Below, in pieces: positions 12,522 through 23,872 of a stretch of DNA of 64,000 nucleotides (position 1 is its first letter; every line of letters starts with the position of its first letter). The notes beneath the pieces are model-generated. The model did no database searches. It worked only from the letters and a program-made list of their open reading frames with translations, and had not been told where the DNA came from. Made by a program: the position numbers and the translations under genes. Where the stretch lies: contig CM059435.1 of NCBI GenBank assembly GCA_030390025.1, positions 72,292,001 to 72,356,000 on the forward strand, given 5' to 3'. Source of the DNA: Squalus acanthias. Lineage: Eukaryota.

Positions 12522-14136
12522 TCTTCAGAGTATCCTCAGACCTAAAATAGATAAACTTAAATTGTTATTAAAGTTTGAAAAATAAATAACATGAAGTAGA
12601 GGGATGTAGATGTGGTAATGTCATGACATCAAAGAAAAGGTAACGTTATCTACAACCAGAAAAAAAATCTTTGAAAAAAACTGTTGTAGTCTAAACCTTG
12701 TTTAGATATATGCAGAGTCAAAATAGTTAAGAATGAATGGATAGTTTGTAGGGTAAAGGGTAAAGGAGATTAAACTCCCTTTAAACAGAGGTAAAAGTAA
12801 CCTATTGAATAAATGTAAAATTTGTTTTGTGTCTGAATTTATACCTCTGGCATAAATAGCATTCACCAATGGAAAGTGACATATACACCTTTTGACATTT
12901 GAGAATAAGTGCTTCATGAGTCACTGTCAAGAAATAAACTTTTCCCCAAATTCTGGTTACGTTCAGGAATTCAGCTGTTTTATTATTCAGTTAATTCCTA
13001 TTCATGTTTTAATCGTGCACTTTACATTCAAATCCGCACATAGTAAGACTATGTTTAATGCAAGAAGCTCTGGTACCGGGCTCTGACTTCCTGTCCGCCA
13101 CCACTAGTTTTCCCCCCTCTCTTTCCTAAACGTCCTGACTCAAACATGGCTATTGCTCCACAGACACTAGCTGCCTTTCAGTATCTTCTTGTGTGCGGCC
13201 AAACATTGAATATCAGCAGATTGTTCAAAAATGAAAATATCACAGTTGAAGTCTTCACCTGAAGTCTGCACACATGCACTTCCTACAGGAATCACTGTAT
13301 TCTGATTGGGATTGGAGACCCTGTTTGAATTCTGCAATTCTTTCCCCCACACCCCCAGCCAGGAGCACTGAAGTCCAGAATCCCAGCACAGGCCATGGAT
13401 TGAACCCTTAAATACAATCATTTTCTGACTCTACAAGTAATATGTGAGCTACCTATCTGGAAATTACATTTGTTCTGAAAACCTTGGCCAATTTTTCTAT
13501 AATATATTGCAAGCCTAACAGAAATGTTTCGGTTACATTTTTTTTCTCCACTGCTCCCCAGATTGGAAATTCTGTCGACCTTTGAGCCACGGCCAACTTC
13601 ACTCGACAGCAGAAAAATGAATGTTTGGATACCCTGCCTGCGATGCTGCTCACCTGCCTATACCATTCACATATAAATAAAAGAAAAACTCATCACCAGC
13701 AAATAATATATGGCATAATTGTTTATACAGAGGGAAAAAAAAATCTTCCTGTTTAATTCACAACAAAGGGTCTTATGCTTTCAAGCCCTGAAGAATCATG
13801 ACATGTAAATTCCATTCTGTGGTGAAGCTATCATTTACAAGGCCTAGTCGATGCCAGAAAGCTAAACAGACAGGAGACATTTAAGAATTGCCCCCAGAGG
13901 AACGAAGCAACATTACTTGGCACTTAATCCTGTTAAGCAAATGCTTGACAGACATAAGGCTGTGATTGCTGCCAATGGAGAGCAAAATGTAATGATAGGT
14001 GATGAGTGTCTAAAAGCCTATTTGCATCTTATGTGACACATAATTAATTCAGTGGAAACCTTGCCTAAAAATCTGTCTTTTTGCTTTTTGTATTTATGTA
14101 CATGGCAGTCAATGGGATTTGCAAGTGATGCCCTCA

Positions 14137-14830
14137 GGGGCAAATTTGCTTTTGCACAATGGTGCTTATTCTGCGGGGTGGGGCCGGGGGCGCTAACGGG
14201 GCGCAAATGGCTTTGCAACCGGGCGCGGCGCTGACATCGACTTTTTGTGGCGTTTTGCGGCGGCGCTACGGTGTTGCGCCCCGATCTCCTTTGCCTGGAG
14301 ATCGTGACGTCATCGCCGTGCGCATCGCCCCCGGTGGCACCCCGGACCCGAAATTGACTGCCGGTCGAAAACACCAACAGCTGCAGGAGGCGTGTGTCGG
14401 GCGGCCGGCCGCTTCGGGGGCGATGATTAAAGGCGAGGTGGCCGAGGTAAGTAAAAAAAGACGTACCTTTCTTGCTCCAGTTTTTTTTGGGGGTCCCTGC
14501 CCGCGATCGATCAGCCACTCTGCTTGAGTGCCGGGCTGATCGCGCGGGATCGCCGCTGCCTTGGTGGTCCAGGTAGGTACTTTATATGTTGCCAAGCCTG
14601 CAGCGATGGCCCTTCCCTTTAAGAGAGGGAAGGAACCTTTGAACGCGGCAGCGCTGCACGGCCCAGTGTGCAGCGCTGCTGAAGTCTCCGCCCCGCCTGC
14701 TGCTGATTGCGCTCCAAGAGGGAAGTGGAGCGCTTGATGTAGCACTCCATTTCCTTCTTGGAGCGCAAATGGTGAATTTTTCAAAAGTTAGAATTCGTTA
14801 GCTTGTCAAACTTTTAAAAATTAGCACCTC
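14137..14830. mobile_element. CpG-rich Harbinger-type MITE (right end degraded)
   Basis: Starts ggggcaaattt; body is the reverse complement of 46235-47012 (gatctcctttgcc.ggagatcgtgacgtcatcgccgtgcgcatcgcccc). Confidence 0.75.
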
Positions 14831-15889
14831 CTAAGTCTCTTTTTTCCAGCAAGAGAAATCTTTTTTTTTAAACTTGCATATTACAATTATTTATATTTTC
14901 TTGTATCTATTCCATTCCTGATGGAAATTTGTGTGTGGGAGTGTTGTGGGGAATGTTCATCTATACGTCCCTTTAGATTGTCTCATATATTCAGTGGCGG
15001 TTACGTAGCCAAATCTTACATGAAAAGTGCAACATGTTTTAAAACATTAAAGTGAAACTTGAGTGAATAAGTGGTGCTTTAGTTAAACCCAAAAGCAAAT
15101 TCAAAAGAACGAATTTGTCTCTTAAAAGAAAGAACTTGAATTTATCGAGCATCTCATCGTGTCTTTAGTCATTTAAAAGAACAATTTTTCACCTTTAACT
15201 TCAGTCTCCCCATGTCATACACCACCTCTGAGTTTGACAGTGGTCAGAAGATCTGCTGCTTTATATCCAGCCACAGGATGGTGTACATTAGCAGATCAGA
15301 CTGACTTGATCTCAGTTTCTGCCCACTTCTCTCACTAGCGCCACCTTGTGCCCCCCAGTTCTCCTGCTCCTCCTCCTTCTTCCCCCATATTGCGATGAAA
15401 GTGGCTGAACTCCACTCTGTGATGATATGACAAAGACTGTGAATCCATATCTGTCTGTTCTATGGGGCAATGTGCTTGACCTCCAACATGCTGCATTACT
15501 GGGTTGTTATCCACTGTGAATTTGCCACTAAGATTACTGCATTGATATTTCAGAATATGGCACTTTTTTATATTTGATTCATATTAAATAATCCACCAGT
15601 TTTATTACTGAATTGATATTAAAGAATTTGTCAGCTTTATTACTAAACTGATGAGAGAGAGCCACCATTTTTATTAGTGAATAATAAAATAGTAAATTCA
15701 TGGCCTTCAGTTGACCTGCCCAACCTCAATAGCCTGCTACCATACATACAGCTCTTGCTTGAACATAGATTGATGATAGCTCGGAAGTGTTTCAACTGTT
15801 CAATCAAAAAGCCGGTGGCCATTTCGTGCTGAAATTTCTAATAAGGAACATTTCTCCGCTATTTCTTCTCAACAAAAAACTCCTCTCTC

Positions 15890-16979
15890 AGAAAACAACT
15901 CTCAGGCACCTTACAGAAAGATGGACAATGAGTAGAAGAAAAAACGGGAAGAGAAACTGGCCATGGGGGGAAACAAAAGCATGGTTGAAGAGAAGGGCAT
16001 TAAGGAAGCTTTTGAAAGCGGTGAGGAAGGTGGCATGATGGAGGGAGCTCCAGAGGACAGGGACAAAATGGCTGAGGTAATGGCCACCAGGCATGCAGTA
16101 GAGGCAGCGGGGAATGAAAAATAGGCCAGTGTTGGAGCAGCACAGACTGTATGCAAGGATGAGACAATTTACGAAGGGTTGAACATGATGATGAAAATCT
16201 TATTGATCTGTTGGGGTATAAGAAGCCAGTGAAACTTGGCAACCAAGAGGTTGTAGGCTGTGCCATTCTGGATAAGTTGTAGTTTGTGAAGGATGGAGGC
16301 GGGGAGGCCAGCAAAGGGAATAGTGGAGAACTCGAGCCATAAGATGATGAAGGCATAGACTAGGATTTCAACAGCGGTGGGGAAGATGTAGGGGCAGAAA
16401 TGGATAATGCTTTGGAGGTGGAAGAAAGCTCAGATCAGAGTTAAGTGAGATGCTGAAGTTTCACTCCTTGGGGCTGAGATTGAGATGGGAGACAGGGAGA
16501 TTGATGGCGGCCAGGGCAGAGGCACAAAGATGCTGGCAGGAGCCAAAAGATGCCTTTGATTTTCCTGACATTAGGTTGGAGGAAGTTGCAACTCATCCAG
16601 ATCTAATTTTAGGCAGGCAGTTGGAGAGGGTGCCAATACCAACAACAACTTGCACCAATAGAATCAATTGTGGAGGTCACAGGTAAAGCTGGGTGTTGCT
16701 GGCATATGGAACTGGGGCAGGAGAGGATCAAGGGAGCCAATGAAGGGGCTTCATGAATATGATCAAGGGGTGGGGGGTGGGGGGGGAGAAAAACTTTGGA
16801 TTGTGGGGAGGACATACAGGTGGGAGCTAGAGGGAAGGGGTGAGGCAGGGGTCAGAAGACACAGAGGCAGCTGTACTGATGACCTAGATTTTGGACATAA
16901 ATTAGTGCCTTAAGTCCTCACATATAATTCCTAAGGTGAGGATGGAAGTAGAGATGTAGGGAGATCAGAGGAAGGTGTG
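15890..16979 (-). mobile_element. Old L2 relic, continues 19312-~19420 beyond the CR1 insertion
   Basis: Purine-rich + strand matching the reverse complement of the L2 3' region (ggttgaagagaagggcattaaggaagcttttgaa; ttgcaactcatccag). Confidence 0.6.
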
Positions 16980-19073
16980 CGAGCGGAATTGAGTAGAGTA
17001 GATTGGGAAAATAGATTAAAGGGTAAGACGACACATGATCAGTGGTGTACATTCAAGGAGTTATTTTACAACTTCCAAAAAAAATATATTCCACTGAAAA
17101 GAAAAGGGTGTAAAAGAAAGGACAGTCATCCGTGGCTAAGTAAAGAAATTAAGGATAGTATTCGACTAAAAACAAGGGCATATAAGGTAGCGAAATCTAG
17201 TGGGAGGACAGAGGATTGGGAAAACTTTAAAAGGCAGCAAAAAATAACAAAAAGATTGATTAAGAAAGGGAAGATAGATTATGAAAGTAAATTAGCAAAA
17301 AATATAAAAACAGATAGTAAGAGTTTTTATAGTTATATAAAAAGAAAAAGGGTGGCTAAAGTAAATGTTGGTCCCTTAGAGGATGAGACCGGGAAATTAA
17401 TGGTGGGAAATATGGAGATGGCAAAAACACTGAATGAATATTTTGTATCAGTCTTTACAGTAGAGGACACTAAGAATATCCCAACACTGGACAAACAGGG
17501 GGCTATAGGGGGAGAGGAGCTAAACACGATCAAAATCACTAAGGAAGTGGTACTCGGTAAAATAATGGGACTCAAGGCGGATAAATCACCTGGACCTGAT
17601 GGCTTACATCCTAGAGTCTTGAAGGAAGTGGCGGTAGGGATTGTAGATGCATTGGTAATAATTTTTCAAAACTCCCTGGATTCCGCTAAGGTCCCGGCAG
17701 ACTGGAAAACTGCTAATGTAACACCCTTATTTAAAAAGGGCAGTAGACAGAAGGCTGGTAACTATAGACCGGTTAGCCTAACATCTGTGGTAGGTAAAAT
17801 TTTGGAGTCCATTATTAAGGAAACAGTAACAGGACATTTGGATAAGCATAATTTAATAGGACAAAGTCAGCATGGTTTTACGAAGGGGAAGTCATGTTTG
17901 ACAAATTTGCTGGAGTTCTTTGAGGAAGTAACATATAGAGTGGATAAAGGGGAACCAGTGGACGTAGTGTATTTAGACTTCCAAAAGGCATTTGACAAGG
18001 TGCCACACAAAAGATTATTGCTTAAGGTAAAAAATCACGGGATTGGGGGTAATATTCTGGCATGGATAGAGGATTGGCTATCTAACAGAAAGCAAAGAGT
18101 TGGGATAAATGGTTCATTCTCAGACTGGCAATCAGTAACTAGTGGTGTTCCACAGGGGTCAGTGCTGGGTCCCCAACTCTTCACAATCTATATTAACGAT
18201 TTGGAGGAAGGGACCAAGTGTAACATATCAAAATTTGCAGATGATACAAAGATGGGAGGGAAAGTAGTGAGTGAGGAGGACATAAAAAACCTGCAAGGGG
18301 ACATAGACAGGCTAAGTAAGTGGGCAGAGATTTGGCAGATGGAACACAACACTGGAAAGTGTGAGGTGATGCACTTTGGCAGGAAAAATCCTAGAGCAAT
18401 TTATTATCTTAATGGCAAGAAACTGGAGAGTACTGAAGTGCAAAGGGATCTGGGGGTCCTGGTGCACGAAACTCAAAAGGTTAGTATGCAGGTGCAGCAA
18501 GTGATTAAGAAGGCAAATGGAATGTTGGCTTTCATTGCTAGGGGGATAGAATATAAAAATAGGGAGGTATTGCTTCAGTTGTACAAGGTATTGGTGAGAC
18601 CGCACCTGGAATACTGCATACAGTTTTGGTGTCCTTACTTAAGGAAAGACATCCTTGCTCTCGAGGCAGTGCAAAAAAGGTTCACTCGGTTAATCCCGGG
18701 GATGAGGGGGTGGTCATATGAGGAGAGGTTGGGTAGATTGGGACTCTACTCATTGGAGTTCAGAAGAATGAGAGGCGATCTTATTGAAACATATAAGATT
18801 GTGAAGGGGTTGGATCGGGTGGATGCGGGGAGGATGTTCCCGATGACGGGTGAGACGAGAACTAGGGGACATAGTCTTAGAATAAGGGGCTGCTCTTTCA
18901 AAACTGAGATGAGGAGGAACTACTTCACTCAGAGGGTGGTAGGTCCATGGAATATGCTGCCACAAAAAGCTGTAGAAGCTACAACATTAATTAAATTTAA
19001 AACAGAAATAGACAGTTTCCTAGAAGTAAAGGGCATTAAGGGTTACGGGGAGCGGGCAGGAATTTGGACATGA
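16977..19073 (+). CDS. CR1 ORF2 fragment (reverse transcriptase and C-terminal domain), 698 codons, no true start
   Basis: KSPGPDGLHPRVLKE, GNYRPVSLTS, YLDFQKAFDKVPH, GVPQGSVLGP, SKFADDTK, RPHLEYC; the APE endonuclease is lost by truncation. Confidence 0.9.
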   Translation: MRAELSRVDWENRLKGKTTHDQWCTFKELFYNFQKKYIPLKRKGCKRKDSHPWLSKEIKDSIRLKTRAYKVAKSSGRTEDWENFKRQQKITKRLIKKGKIDYESKLAKNIKTDSKSFYSYIKRKRVAKVNVGPLEDETGKLMVGNMEMAKTLNEYFVSVFTVEDTKNIPTLDKQGAIGGEELNTIKITKEVVLGKIMGLKADKSPGPDGLHPRVLKEVAVGIVDALVIIFQNSLDSAKVPADWKTANVTPLFKKGSRQKAGNYRPVSLTSVVGKILESIIKETVTGHLDKHNLIGQSQHGFTKGKSCLTNLLEFFEEVTYRVDKGEPVDVVYLDFQKAFDKVPHKRLLLKVKNHGIGGNILAWIEDWLSNRKQRVGINGSFSDWQSVTSGVPQGSVLGPQLFTIYINDLEEGTKCNISKFADDTKMGGKVVSEEDIKNLQGDIDRLSKWAEIWQMEHNTGKCEVMHFGRKNPRAIYYLNGKKLESTEVQRDLGVLVHETQKVSMQVQQVIKKANGMLAFIARGIEYKNREVLLQLYKVLVRPHLEYCIQFWCPYLRKDILALEAVQKRFTRLIPGMRGWSYEERLGRLGLYSLEFRRMRGDLIETYKIVKGLDRVDAGRMFPMTGETRTRGHSLRIRGCSFKTEMRRNYFTQRVVGPWNMLPQKAVEATTLIKFKTEIDSFLEVKGIKGYGERAGIWT

Positions 19074-19311
19074 GTCTAGGTTCGGATCGGTCATGGCCCT
19101 GTGGGTAGTGGAGCGGGCCCAGGGACTGTGTAGCCTGATTCTGCTCCTATTTCGTGTGTGCAATTCTGTTAGATGCAGGAGATGGTTCTGTGATAGATAG
19201 TAGATTGGCGGTTAGGATCAGATCAGCCATGATCTTATTGAATGGCGGAGCAGGCTCGAGGGGCCGATTGGCCTACTCCTGCTCCTATTTCTTATGTTCT
19301 TATGTTCTTAT
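16980..19311 (+). mobile_element. Young CR1 LINE, 5'-truncated
   Basis: 5-bp TSD gtgtg at 16975-16979 and 19312-19316; (ttcttatg)n tail; uninterrupted ORF2. Confidence 0.95.
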
Positions 19312-20056
19312 GTGTGGAGTTGAAGAAGAGGAGTTTGAATTGTTCTTGCTCTCTGGGACACTGTGGGTTTGACCATAGAGAGACAGAACAGTGATGCTCG
19401 TGAATAGCCAGGCTGGTTCCTCCAAATATGTCTTTCAGTGAGATTACTTGAGCTAGTTCCACTTTTTGGTTAATGCAAAATCTTCATTGATTTATATTTT
19501 AGAAATAACTTGTCTACTTAAAATACTTTGTGCTTTCCTTCTCGCCTCATTGTAATCATCCTTTGGGTCTGATAAACATTTAAGTCTTTAAAAGCAAGCT
19601 ATAAAAAAATTATTTTACACACAACCAGAAAAGTAAGAATAATAAACTGAATGTCGCAACTAATAATTTTCAAACATATTTTAAAATATTATTTTCCATA
19701 ACTAAACGCTGGTTTTAATTTCTTGCCATGTTTAGTTCAAGGCTAAAGCATTTTCTTGGTTGAGGCTAGATCCCTGTTTCTTTTTATTCTGCAGTGATGC
19801 TGTCTGATTTATTCTACCACTGCTTGTATCTTGGCTAATAGATCAATGCATCAGTGCATTTCTGCTGAATCTGATAGCTCTGTTGTGTGCTCATAGTTCA
19901 AAATCTGAATCCACAACACAGAATTTTACAACAGTATGTATTTTTTGCAAACTGCATTTTTTCATAGTTTTCCTGCTGAAATCATGTTTGAAACTGATAA
20001 CCTGAAACTGGAATGTTAAACTCCTCTCCAGCCTTCCCCCTCCCATTAAAGACACA

Positions 20057-20827
20057 GGGCGAAAAATTGAGTCGCGCCCCCCTTGGGGCGCTAACTTCGC
20101 CGGGACGCTACTTTTAGTGCCCCGGAAAAATTAGCACCCACACGACCGAAATTGAGTGGTAGCGCCCCAAGAGGGAAGCGTGGTGCTACTGGAAGTGCCC
20201 CGCCTCCCTCTTGGGGCGCTGCGAGGGAATATCGCGGCGCTATGTGCCGCAGCGCCATGCACTGCGGTATGTTGCGCTGCGATATTGCAGGCCTTCCTCC
20301 CCTTCTTAAAGGGGAGGGGCCTTGAGCAGCGCGACCCGGGGCCCAGCTGGGCCCCCGGGAATCGGGAGTGCCGGCAAAAGAGCCCGGCACTCAAGAGAAG
20401 TGCTGGCTCATGGAGCACAGCTGGCACTCTGCAGGGGGGCGTGTAAGGAGGCCGGGGACGGGAGCGGAGGCAGGTGTTGGCAGGCGGCCAGCAACAAAAA
20501 TGGCCGCCCGGCACCTCGCCTTTAAATAGTGCCGCCCTGGCCGCAGGTAGGCCCCCCTGACCCCGTCGGATATAGCGTCCAGCGGTATGTCAGGGGGCGC
20601 TACCGAAGATTGCGGCCGGGGCGTGAGCGGGGCGCTGTGCACAGCGATGATGTCATTGCCGGTGCCGCAGTGCCGCAGGGCACTAACGGTTACCGCCGCC
20701 GCTAACCTCCCGCTGAATTTCGCGGGAGGCGTTGGCGGCGCCGCGCCCGGGCGCTAGTTGATTTGCGCCCCGTTAGCGCCCTCTTAGGGCGCTAACGGGA
20801 GGCGCAAAGCAACTGAATTTTTCCCCC
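20057..20827. mobile_element. CpG-rich Harbinger-type MITE
   Basis: TIRs gggcgaaaaatt / aatttttccccc; flanks aca / ata (3-bp TSD with one mismatch); subterminal hairpin ccgttagcgccctcttagggcgctaacgg. Confidence 0.8.
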
Positions 20828-21059
20828 ATAACCTTTAACCAGATTATTTGCTGCAGAACTTTATTCTTTTCCCAAGAGACATCCCAATGCTTGATCAGTT
20901 CCACTTGTATCATTCAGGTGTACACATCAAAGTGTCAGCACTGGAGTTGTTAGTGATAATTATTTTTTGAAAATATAACTTAAAATGTTTAGAAATGCTC
21001 TTGGTTTATTTCTTAATGACTTTTGGAGAAATGGGAGGTGTTCCTTGATTACCATTGAA

Positions 21060-22490
21060 TGAAGATCTCAATTCAGTATGCATTGTTTGGTCTGCGACTC
21101 TCTATATCTCAGAAACAGGGGTCTAATCCCAGTGAGGTCACTGCATCGTGGTTGCAGTAACGATTGACACGTTATTCCATTGGAAGCTACTCAAGCTGTT
21201 AGGAGGCTCTCCTTATACCAGAGGCTAGTAAAGCTAAGGAACAAGTTGTCGGCTCGTGCTGTGCGTGCTGATTTGCTGCATAGCTTCAAAAGAGAGCTGG
21301 AGCAGTTCCTGGCTGGCAGTGGGATTATCACGGCATACAAGAGGTAGGTGGAATACTAGATAATATGAATCATAGTCAATGTAGTCTAGTTGTGATCGTC
21401 TAAGGGGGTCGGAGAGGAATTTTCCCGATTTCTTTTCTCCCCTAAATTGGCCTTGTTTTTTTAAAAATCTGGGGGGAAAAATTCAGTTGGTTGCGCCTCC
21501 AGTTAGCACCTTAAGAGGGCGCTAATGGGGCGCAAAGCAACTAGCGCCCGGGCGTGGCGATGTTTGCGCCGCTCGCAAAATTAACTAGACATTTTACGAC
21601 GGCGTTAAACACTACCGCCACGATCTCCTGCACCGGCAGATCGTGATGTCAGTCGAGTGCGCAATGCCCCGGTAGCGCCCCGGTGCGGATATTGAGTGGC
21701 GCCCCCTGCCTTACCGCCTGCCGCTAGCAACGACAGGTTGAGGGGAGCGTTTTGCAGTCAGGAAGGGACTGGGGGAGCGCTATTTAAAGGCGACCGCTTC
21801 CTGCCTTTTATTGTTGGTGGCATTTTTGAACCACGCATTCTGAGAGAGAGAGAGACTTCTGGAGAGATTCAACGCTGTGTGAAGGAGTTTTGGGTACTGA
21901 GCAGCACTTTGCAGGTTCATTTTGATTTGCCCTTCCTTGTATCGATTTAGAAGAGACTGTGGGGGCTGCACTCTGAGCTCTTTCCCTGGGCCTCTCCATT
22001 GTTCTTTCCAGCAGATTTGATGTGCAGGTCTCTCCAGGCCGAGATTCAAGGCTGCAATGAGCAGGATGTGGATGGAAAGCAAGATCAACCCTCCCCTTTA
22101 AGAACTGGCCCGTGCCATTGTGTGTGTGTTCCATTGCTGACTGACATCACATGAGCTTCACCAGCGCTCTGAATTAGCGCCTCGCTCCTCGGCCTTTGCG
22201 CCTTAAGACAGGTGTGAAGCGCCTGATTTAGCACTCCAATCACCTCCAGGGGCGATAAAAGTCAAGTTTGCAGTCGGAGGCGATAATTAGCGCCAGGCGC
22301 TAATCTTTGCGCCTGGCCGATAATTGCGCATCAAATGGGGCGATACTGAATTTCTCCCCCCTGGTTTTGAACCTCTCCCAGGAGATTACATGGCTCCTGG
22401 TGGGTGAGTGGATATTGTGAATCGTGAAATTTACGGCGCCATATCTGTGTGGGGCAGGCTCCTTGGACCTGCTGGTCCTTTCATATGTTT
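21060..22490 (+). mobile_element. Old LINE 3' end (family C), split by the 21472-22360 MITE
   Basis: gggggtcggagaggaattttcc...tctg|gttttgaacctctcccaggagat; same family as the minus-strand copy at 29890-30830. Confidence 0.55.
21472..22360. mobile_element. Harbinger-type MITE, 889 bp
   Basis: TIRs GGGGGAAAAATTCAG / CTGAATTTCTCCCCC; perfect 3-bp TSD CTG (21469-21471, 22361-22363); homologous to 62080-62824. Confidence 0.9.
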
Positions 22491-22987
22491 GTAAGCTGAA
22501 GCTAACACTGACACTGGCTATATTTGGATGACTGAAGTTTAGGCCTTATCTATAAAAACTGCATGAAATTATAAAAGGAGAGCTGATGCATCCCACCCAA
22601 CTATTTGGTTTTTAATCCTCCTTTTCAAGGTTGAGCACTTGTCAACACAATATTTTCACATGCTTCCAGTATTTATTAGGTGCACTTTCTTCCTGTGTCT
22701 ATTAAACAGCACCGCATTGCTGTACAACTTGCGCCTGGTGTTTACATCCTTTAATGCAGAAAAATATAATGAATTGCTACCCAAGCACCTGCTAAACAGT
22801 AGGTCATGAAGGGGAAAGCGATGTCAATGAAACGGCTTAATGATTAATGTGACAAATTAGTCAGTACAATGGTGATGACATCATTTGGTTTGCAGGCAGG
22901 TAGCGTATGATTCATAATTTATGCAGTTACTAAAAATCTAAATGACCTCAAATCTATGTTGTCCCAGGAGGTTGTACTTGAACGTCC

Positions 22988-23230
22988 TAGAATCATACAG
23001 CACAGAAGGAGGCCATTCGGCCCATCGTGCCTGTGCCAGGTCATTGAAAGAGCTGTCCAATTAGTGCCACTGCCCTGCTCTCTTCCCATGTCCCTGCAAT
23101 TTATTTTCCTTTTCAAGTATTTATCCAATTCCCTTTTGAAAGTTAGTATTGAATCTGCTTCCACCGCCCCTTCGGGCAGTACATTCCAGATCAAAACAAC
23201 ATGCTACATGCTTTTTCCCCCTCATCTCCC
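22988..23230 (-). mobile_element. CR1 3' end fragment
   Basis: IWNVLPEGAVEADSILTFKRELDKYL on -, with the 3' UTR gaaggaggccattcggccc. Confidence 0.85.
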
Positions 23231-23872
23231 ACGAGTTTAGCAGCAAACCTGGGAGGTGATTTTTCCAAATAATGAATGGAACAATCCTGGGAAGCGCTTT
23301 TGTCCTGATGTCTGGATACATGCTCCCACAGGGTGAGGCACCAGACCAGAGCCTTCCTTTTATTTTTTGGCAGGATTTACAATGGATTTTGATTGATAGT
23401 CCTGATAGAAATGTAAAAATAAAGCGGAATTCAATTATCCCACAGGAATAATTGATAGGAAAATGTCGCAGCAGCAATGCAGATGAGGGTCGTACAGGAA
23501 GGCAGTTAAATTCGGCAAAGTTTTTGTTTCATTATGACAGACTCGGGGAAGGTTTCGTCTGTTTATTTATTTGCAGAAAAATCATGAAAACGTTTTTTTA
23601 TAAATCTCTCCGCTTTTTTACATAGGTTTTGTTGCTCATAATTTGCCAGCAAAACCCCTGACTTTACTCGTCCTGTAATTATTTCTAACTTCAAGCCACT
23701 GCTGTCTTTATTGGCCATATAATTAGCAACCCGCCTCTCAGGAGTGGGTTACTCTGTTAAACCGGAAGTAGATGCGTTCGTGTCATGTTTCCCATTTTTA
23801 AGAATTTAACTCCCCCGCCCCTCTCCTACCCATCCTGGGGTGTTAAAATTCCCCCATATATTTGCCTGGACA

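Noticed and set aside
14018-14784. Overlapping 120-170 aa ORFs in GC-rich blocks (also ~20100, 46500, 62200)
   Set aside because: Stop-codon scarcity in GC-rich MITEs; frames are not conserved between sister copies.
20057-20827. CpG island of a host promoter
   Set aside because: The CpG-rich stretch ends exactly at TIRs, and related ends recur elsewhere in the window.
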